Source: Ophelia neglecta (Eukaryota). From it: DNA of 64,000 nucleotides. The position numbers and the translations under genes were made by a program. The stretch is from positions 56,978,001 through 57,042,000 of the forward strand of contig OZ260664.1 in NCBI GenBank assembly GCA_965285935.1. Reading direction: 5' to 3'. The notes beneath the pieces were generated by a model that was given only the letters and a program-made list of their open reading frames with translations, was not told where the DNA came from and did no database searches. Shown here piece by piece: positions 58,701-64,000 of this stretch. Position 1 is the stretch's first letter. Each line of letters begins with the position of its first letter.

Positions 58701-58726
58701 CTTGCTGATTATTGTCTGATCACAGT
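1735..58726 (-). CDS. sol-1: Partial multi-exon gene for a SOL-1-like CUB-domain protein (auxiliary subunit of ionotropic glutamate receptors); join(complement 58549-58726, 31490-31704, 10899-11106, 2014-2273, 1735-1773), 900 nt / about 300 aa, incomplete at both ends
   Basis: All junctions are GT-AG with matching phases (1,2,1,2,1,1). The spliced product reads (D)CDQTIISKDGAEKNGTIHTPNYPAKY...KGVPPR/CIHDYVDVY...GRYCG...GFLASYEFIDA/SVYTIGTPAPRHVCG...LSPTYPGMYPDNVFCYY...DLDLFNGGDH/CPFDYVKVYDGPDN...YCG...GFKAEFEISDRFVNL/NFIKNGHIHVRGT. This is two CUB domains. Motifs GGxHCPFDYVKVYDGPDN, IGTP and FV.LxFI...H.RGT match my recollection of arthropod SOL-1. The orthology call comes from recall, not a search. 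Confidence 0.85.
2014..2273 (-). CDS. sol-1: Coding exon D (260 nt, phase 2 to 1): C-terminal half of second CUB domain
   Basis: Acceptor ttctctcttttcag|CTGCCCA and donor AATCTAA|gtaagt. Encodes CPFDYVKVYDGPDNTAEVIGIYCGKEKKFVLFSTSNALHIEFVTKSGRVEPTKKPYVPYWEREEDTSIHRSGFKAEFEISDRFVNL. Confidence 0.94.
2863..3262. mobile_element. MITE (400-bp non-autonomous DNA transposon) with 24-bp terminal inverted repeats
   Basis: Left attataccagctgcataaagtctg (2863-2886) is the reverse complement of right cagactttatgcggctggtataat (3239-3262) at 23/24 positions. It has no coding capacity and about 12 CpGs in 400 bp against a CpG-poor background. A TA or TATA target duplication may form the outer part of the inverted match. 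Confidence 0.85.
4585..4780 (+). mobile_element. Decayed LINE (CR1/L2-like) reverse-transcriptase fragment
   Basis: tatggaactaagggccacatgctaaaattgttt translates YGTKGHMLKLF (compare YGIRG..L.WF). tgtggagtaccccaagggtacctagtatggccattattt translates CGVPQGYLVWPLF (compare CGVPQGSVLGPLLF). Stops and frameshifts lie between the two. Confidence 0.75.
5400..5870 (-). mobile_element. Possible very old LINE (I/Nimb-like) 3' remnant
   Basis: VCFIPAHHGILG resembles the RNase H motif W(I/V)PAHxGIxGNE, followed downstream by PKC...HFLL resembling the C-terminal zinc-knuckle region. The similarity is weak. Confidence 0.3.
6681..8328. repeat. Tandem satellite, 56-bp monomer, about 29 copies, with 112-bp A/B higher-order dimer
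   Basis: aacctacatg recurs at 6965, 7021 and 7077 (period 56). A = aacctacatgtacatgtatagaggcccaagttgacttggctctaactagaccagac; B = aacctacatgtacatgtatgaaggcctcaggtgacttggctttaacttggccaaac. The edges are degenerate. Confidence 0.97.
10509..10586. repeat. 39-bp direct tandem duplication (2 copies, 1 mismatch)
   Basis: aaaaggccaatttctg(c/t)caatctctaaagaatttatacc at 10509-10547 and 10548-10586, in a patch rich in ttctgc/gcagaa inverted motifs that is probably a transposon relic. Confidence 0.95.
10899..11106 (-). CDS. sol-1: Coding exon C (208 nt, phase 1 to 2; 205 nt if the distal NAGNAG acceptor is used): linker and N-terminal half of second CUB domain
   Basis: Acceptor cttttgtctattccag|CAGTTTAC and donor GGGGACCA|gtgagt. 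Encodes VYTIGTPAPRHVCGQTIQGGTLDRGTLLSPTYPGMYPDNVFCYYKILGLIGQRIKLTFLDLDLFNGGD. Confidence 0.93.
11890..12620 (+). mobile_element. Possible highly decayed L2/CR1 LINE ORF2 3' region
   Basis: gtgacacaattgaagagcttgggtataaag translates VTQLKSLGIK (compare V...KYLGV). Near 12555-12595 the sequence reads FIAPSVQFLCDVLP (compare F...AP.LWNSLP). Motif order is right but identity is low. Confidence 0.3.
14290..14850 (-). mobile_element. Possible decayed Gypsy-type LTR retrotransposon pol fragment
   Basis: The minus strand gives FLLGFDFIQRL (compare protease-end LLGxDF) near 14630-14665, then LNEACLQISVD (compare RT DLxKAYLQIxV) near 14342-14376, with stops and frameshifts. Confidence 0.3.
22350..22530 (-). 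mobile_element. Decayed LINE apurinic-endonuclease (APE) domain fragment
   Basis: The minus strand reads LLCG-(shift)-NPSGICW (compare GDFNxPxIxW) followed by GLSVFVVMQTRHAILDL (compare L.Q.V..PTR..AILDL), in the correct order and spacing. Confidence 0.55.
24440..24760 (+). mobile_element. 3' fragment of a similar hairpin-terminated interspersed repeat
   Basis: It ends in a GC-rich stem-loop (C)12-ttttttt-caa-agaagggcgggggg (about 24720-24755) followed by caataat. The 5' boundary is uncertain. Confidence 0.35.
27112..27435. mobile_element. Old non-autonomous DNA element with CCCGGGG.../...CCCC..GGG inverted termini
   Basis: It begins at|cccggggtgggggatac and ends gtaaccccctccccccccccccctcaaggg|at, with a possible 2-bp AT target duplication. 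The interior is pyrimidine-skewed with degenerate ctctttttgacc subrepeats. Confidence 0.55.
29524..30192 (+). mobile_element. Probable Helentron/HINE-like non-autonomous element
   Basis: It has an internal poly-C tract, a (cca)n microsatellite near the 3' end and a terminal stem-loop cccctggtg-actacag-caccaagggg (30160-30185) followed by acataaa. The 5' boundary at acaag (29524) is tentative. Confidence 0.45.
31490..31704 (-). CDS. sol-1: Coding exon B (215 nt, phase 2 to 1): C-terminal half of first CUB domain
   Basis: Acceptor ttttaatttgagcag|GTGTATT and donor GATGCAT|gtaagt. Encodes CIHDYVDVYTQLKNPDEDLLDSPLHGRYCGLDKDELPHLLISMGNIFIVGFYSDLQSVEKGFLASYEFIDA, with CUB motifs C..DYV, GRYCG, F.SD and GF.A.Y. 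Confidence 0.94.
32901..32931. repeat. 14-bp perfect tandem duplication
   Basis: aggatgacaccttg twice, followed by agg. Confidence 0.9.
34013..34073. repeat. 61-nt inverted repeat / hairpin
   Basis: Left arm aaagcaactttttgcaaatagcac (34013-34036) pairs fully with right arm gtgctatttgca[tttgca]aaaagttgcttt (34044-34073), apart from a 6-nt duplicated bulge. Confidence 0.93.
38076..38137. repeat. Degenerate 21-bp tandem repeat, about 3 copies
   Basis: agccttttaggatgctaggtt / agactttcaggatgctagggt / agcctttcagaaagctagatg. Confidence 0.8.
40300..41290. repeat. 24-bp minisatellite, about 40 copies, with sporadic 9-bp insertions
   Basis: Consensus acagttcatgaagagacagggcag, with the insert acaaggctg recurring. 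It explains the periodic MNCLPCLF, HELSALSL and TVHEGTGQ ORFs. Confidence 0.97.
54115..54235. repeat. Decayed approximately 7-bp low-complexity repeat (aactcga/tacttga type)
   Basis: Run of aaactca, aaacttg, atacttg, aaatttg, atattca, atactca, attcg and atacttg variants, consistent with CpG decay of an actcga core. Confidence 0.45.
58549..58726 (-). CDS. sol-1: Coding exon A (178 nt, phase 1 to 2): N-terminal half of first CUB domain in window
   Basis: Minus-strand acceptor ccattttcag|ACTGTGATCAG and donor CCACCAAG|gtaatc. Encodes CDQTIISKDGAEKNGTIHTPNYPAKYGNNLRCIFKFIAKDNERVKIKFLEFEVKGVPP, which fits CUB consensus G.I.SPNYP..Y..N..C...RV.I.F..F. Confidence 0.93.
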
Positions 58727-61700
58727 CTGAAAATGGAGATGTGATGGTTATGATAACGCAATTTTCAAATTGACAAAAATTCAATCACTCTGAAAAGATG
58801 CTATTCTGTAATATAATTAAAACAATAAGTTATAACTTTTTACTTAAATGCTGAAAGTCTTTTTACTATTTCTGCTGGTGTCCTACGACTTCCACCAAGG
58901 CTACGCAACAACAATTAACTAATAGAAAAACTAACAATTTAGAAAATTCAACAGAAACAACCCTGTGGAACATTACACGATGATATCCTTTTTTTTAAAA
59001 GAGTTACCCATCAATTTATATTGTAATTCTTTCCATGGACCATATAAATATCTCAAGGTTTTGTGTGGTTTTAAAACATGAAAATATAAGCCTGAAAGGA
59101 CACAGGTATTCTCTTAATGCACATTTTCACAGCATGATACATGCATTTTATTATACCATTCTGACCTGTGTCTTGTTTGACCCTAGAAAGTATGTCAATT
59201 ACCAACATGATACAAGTGACGCTCATAGCAATCTGAAACAAGTTACACTCAGCAAATCTCCTTTCATTGTAACTATTCTTTTCGGAAAAAAAGAGCAGGA
59301 GAAAGACAGAATAATTTGTTAACAAGTTGGAGAAAAAACCCATCTGAACTGATGTGAATAACATTGCATGTTAGTGACGGTTTTCATCAAAATTTATAGT
59401 GAGAGAGTTAAGGCTGCAACTGGAGGAGCAGCACATCATCCATCATAGGTGACCTGTAAGTTACCAGTATTATCAAATAGAACACTCTAATATTCTGTTA
59501 TGTCACATCATAAATTGTCCAAGCATTACAGGAAATACAGGACTTAAATTTGTATTCTGGGCTCAAGACAAAATGATCAATGTTTTCTCTCTACCCATCT
59601 ATCCAATACAACAGCTGTTAACCTTGCATCTTTTATCTTAGAAACAAAAATAGAAAGATTCGTAACAAGCAAGTTATTTTCTGTTCTGTACAGTGATTGC
59701 TAACATTTATTTTGCTGTCAGTTCTGACTGCTTTCCTCCGTCAGCAGAGCACTGTGAACAACTGTTCCTTCATATGTTAGCCAAGCTACCATAAGAGAAG
59801 AAGCAATCACCTTCCAAACTCCTATACCAAACATCTAAATTACAACCAAGTGCCTTCATCAATGGAAACCTGTTTATTTCCCTTCATTAAGCATAGAACA
59901 AGGGATCAGCCCCCTGCTTTTGTTCACATGCTGACCATAGCTAACAAGATAACTGGGACACTGGTGTCCTGCATTGGAAAAATGAGGACCATCAGGAAGA
60001 TAGCATTTATGTGGCTAGCCTGACCATATTGCAAGACCCCATGATAAAGAGGCTAACCTCCCATTTATGTCTCATTGATGCAACACAATGTGACACAGTG
60101 TCGTGCAACTCATCACAATGAGCCACCACTAAAGCTCACTGCGAGATGCCATGATGGTAGAAGTACCAACTTCTTACCATGCTTACTGCAGTCCCCTGAG
60201 GCATCATCGGCACAGTTGTGGAGCGAATTTCCAGACGTACTTAAATGCTAACAATAGGTTTCGTAGTGATCAAATCACAGTACTTGGTAATGATCTGAGT
60301 ACGGTAGTGTTACATGCACACGTACAAAGTGACAGACATTGCACTTTCTCTCATTTTCATACTACATGCAAACCAGGTCATAATCCTTCCCCCTGCTGGT
60401 CTATCTCAAAAAGTCCCAGACTGGGATGTATGGTAATTTCTTGCGATTAAATTGATCAAATAATCAGACACTGCTATAATGGTGACATTTATCAAAATGG
60501 GCCCAGTTGATCAGAAACCTAATTTCAAGTTGCAAGGTTTGATACAATTGAGAGTACCAAATTACCATAGCATGGAAGCAGAAGAGATAGGGCATGACAT
60601 CCAATGGTGAACACAATTGAGTTGGTGTTGTGAGTAACTAAATTCAAATTCTGTCAGAATAGAATCCCTATTTAGTTGTGATTGAGCCAATTTAATGAAA
60701 TAGTGAATTCATCTAAAATGAAATGAGCACGCTGATCTCAGGTAAGCACACTCTTCTCTTCTATAAGAAATGGCCATGCAGGCCTGGGGCAAGCTACAGG
60801 GAGAGACCAGTAATAAACTGCATTCCTATAAATTCTGAAACCACCAGCACAAATCAGAAATGTGCTGACAGGTGATATTAAGGCTGGTTCTGGCCGGAAA
60901 AATGAAATCACAATGGATGTTCTGAATGATGATCACATGTCAGAAAGCAGGATATGGTGAGAGAGTCTGTCGGCTTCAATTTACTACCATGACCAGCTGG
61001 CTAGTTTCCTCATTCTGCTTGCAGGAACAAGAACAAGAACACACTTCAATCCCTTTCTTTCACTGTTCAAACATATGGCAACAGCATCTTTAGGACATTA
61101 ATTGAACAAATTTAAAATACGAGGCCAGGTGAACCATAGTCATGCCGCTCTTTCAATAACATATTTCATTTGGCAATAGTTTGTGACAAATACAAAAATT
61201 AAATCACACCTGCTTTAAGAGTCCCAAACTTAAGTAAAATCAATTTATATGAACCTAATCAGTTGTTTAAATACACAAAGATGACCATCACAAATATTGA
61301 AAAAAAATGTTGGGGATTTGTTCTTAATAGCATTGGTTTATTCTACAGGTGTATGAAAGAATTCAATCTTCAAAAATACAAATTTGAAATTTACCCACAC
61401 ATGGATGCTCAAATATCTGCATTTGCAATCATTTACAGGGAACCTGGAAGCAAGTGGTTGAGGAGTGCATTGCCACTACCTATTAAAATGGATAGTAGAC
61501 ATGTCTGTCGGAAAGTAAACACATGTTGAAGTCAAAACAAGGGAACATAACCTGAAAACTTGACAAGCTGTCAACAATGAGGTTTTTGCATAGACTCCCA
61601 ATCTATTTCTGTGTGCCAGCTGCTGAAATGGAGGCAGCCATAATGATTTTAGTGATTTGACCTTGAAAATATACACTGAGGTCAATTCAGAAGACTCTAT

Positions 61701-64000
61701 ACGAGTTATTGGGTAATGCGCAAAACTATACCTTCTCATTGCCATGGCAACTTAATATGTCTGGAGTGTTTGCTAAGGAGACCGAGCTACATACTGATTC
61801 AGAATGTAGTTCTAGCCTTTATCTGTTAAACTTAGGCAGAAATGATGATAATTGTGATTTGACCTTAAATTGGAAACCATGATCAAATTAGAAGAATCGA
61901 TAAGATGCATAAGATATGCTTTCTGTAGGCTTTCAATGTTGATTTATGTTCTAACTTTAATATTTAAATCAGAAATCATGATTATAGTGTTATGAGGTCA
62001 ATTAATATCTTTATTCTTTGAAAAGGGTGGGGAGCAATAAGGACATTCGAATGATTTGTCTGGATGAAGATAGCTAGGGTTTTGTATTGTCAAGTTGGTT
62101 TGTATGACTAAAATTTGTCAGGTAAAATTTGCAATCTTAGCTTATGTTGAGTTTTTGTACAAATACGTCTATAAACAACAATAGGCCACCTAAAACACCT
62201 TTGGCCAAGAGTCTGACAATAACAAGTTTTAGTATAATTACTTAACGCTAGGAAATTTGTGCAAGGTAGGTTATCTGCATTAATAAGGGCTATTGGAACC
62301 TAGCCTTGAACTTGCAATGGAGTGGAATCAAACTTTATGTACAAGAGGCAACTAATATATATCCTCTTTCCTTCATGATTCTATATATATATATGATTCC
62401 AATAGCATTCATTTGGAAATTAATTAAGAAGAATTTTACCGCCCTGCTGTATCATGTTTCAAAATTGCCTGTGACAAGTGATTTAATAATTTACTGACCA
62501 TTGTCATGAAGGTAATATAAAGGATATCTCCTATTACTGCAGTCAGATAAAAGAAGGAAACTGACTGGATGGTAAGAAATAATAATAGGAAGAATGGACG
62601 AACAGGGAAAGTTAGTACAAAAGCACCATCAGGGACAAATGATCCAACAAGGATCCGTCACATCTTTCAATTGAATTACTCAGATACAAATCAGAAAAAA
62701 TGCCTATTTCCCACACAACACAGCTCTTGTACTTCGGGGAATTTAAATTACCAGTTGCTTTGCACCATACCAGGAAATGAAGAACTCCAGCTTTCTAGCT
62801 TTGCTCACTTCTATCTAGGCACATAAGAGCCTTAGAGTACTTGATAATAGTCATAGACTGAAAGACGTAATTTGTGGTCTTTCGGGCGATTCAGATTTGT
62901 AAAATCTCCACTGCGCCTCCGTTTTTACTCCATCTAAATTGCCTTAAATACCATGTGTTTCCCCTTGTGCACACTCTCTGTACAGCATCCATACAGATAA
63001 AGGCTTCAGAAAAAACGATGCATGGGCAATGTGTACAATATTATGGAGACATTTACCTAGAGCAATTTATAAGGACATCTGTAGTTTTCATTGCTGACTT
63101 ATGTACATGTACATCAAGAATGGAATTAAGAAGGAACTGATGAAAGAGTGGCTGGATTGAATGCTTCATGATATGTTTTAAACCAGCAGATGCCTGAATC
63201 ACTATATTATAACACATCCTACTGATTATGTTTTTGCAACAGAAAACCAGCTTTGTTCCATACTTAGATGCATCATTACATTTCTTCATGGAGTGAAATG
63301 GAAAGCCAATGTGATTGAAAAAAATGTCAACATCATTAATTTATTACATAGCAGATAAGTTGATAATCCATTTCCAGTTAATACCTGACACAGACATTGA
63401 TATAATGGGAATAAAGTCTTGCCTCCAGGCAGATACAATATGCTGAAATCATAGTTAAAATATGCAGGCATCTTAGTTACATGTATTAGCATATGAAGCA
63501 TCAGCAATGAATTGTTAATTGATGAAGCTCCAGCTGTAAGGAACATAAATGCGACTATAATTTTATTGCTGCTGCACACCGATCATGTCTCTCAGTGAAG
63601 TGTAATGTAATTTAAACATACTTGAACAGTACTTGCAATATCCACATAATTCACACTTGCACGGTTACTCTTAAGGTATTCAAGAATGAGTCAGCATAAT
63701 GGATGCACAGACCCCTGCTAATCCCATAAACAGGTTATATCAGGCTTAAAGAAATATTATACATGTACATGTGCATTCATGAAGGAAGTAGATTGTTGCA
63801 TGGCTCATTGATATTCTCTTCCTGGGAACTTCCTGTATCCCTTAAATTGGTGTTCTCACTTATTGGAATCATTCTAGGACTCTATATCATAAGAATGTAT
63901 TAGTGAACAACTCCTTACTTTCCACTTATTGAACCCCAAATGTGAGAACCCTAGGTATAATTATTGAAATTCTCTGTTTATGTTTTATTTATTATAGGCA

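Noticed and set aside
60170-60300. Possible upstream sol-1 exon (two gtaag donor-like sites on the minus strand)
   Set aside because: No frame gives CUB-like or signal-peptide sequence with a good acceptor. The upstream exons probably lie beyond 64000.
836-63579. The remaining 60-115-aa ORFs in the supplied track
   Set aside because: They have low-information composition typical of AT-rich intron DNA and no domains. Only ORFs 1946-2305, 10895-11128, 31440-31712 and 58545-58784 contain real exons in frame, and their listed starts and stops are intronic.

Overview
This is AT-rich (roughly 35% GC by eye), strongly CpG-depleted animal genomic DNA, probably from an invertebrate bilaterian (a lophotrochozoan is a guess from repeat style). 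It is not prokaryotic. The window lies inside one large minus-strand gene. Five exons splice with canonical GT-AG sites and consistent phases into a 900-nt open frame: 58549-58726, 31490-31704, 10899-11106, 2014-2273 and a 39-nt microexon at 1735-1773. The frame encodes two complete tandem CUB domains plus a linker, and from recalled sequence it resembles SOL-1 (suppressor of lurcher 1), the auxiliary subunit of invertebrate AMPA-type glutamate receptors. No start or stop exon was found. The introns (26.8, 20.4, 8.6 and 0.24 kb) hold a 56-bp satellite with a 112-bp dimeric higher-order repeat, a 24-bp minisatellite, a young CpG-rich MITE, several decayed LINE/LTR/DNA-transposon fragments and a 61-nt near-perfect hairpin. 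Almost all entries in the ORF track are spurious. No new multi-gene system can be supported. The best leads concern splicing: a twin donor site downstream of the microexon, a NAGNAG acceptor and a CUB loop insertion. The hairpin, the palindromic satellite and an excess of TACATGTA motifs are also worth checking.
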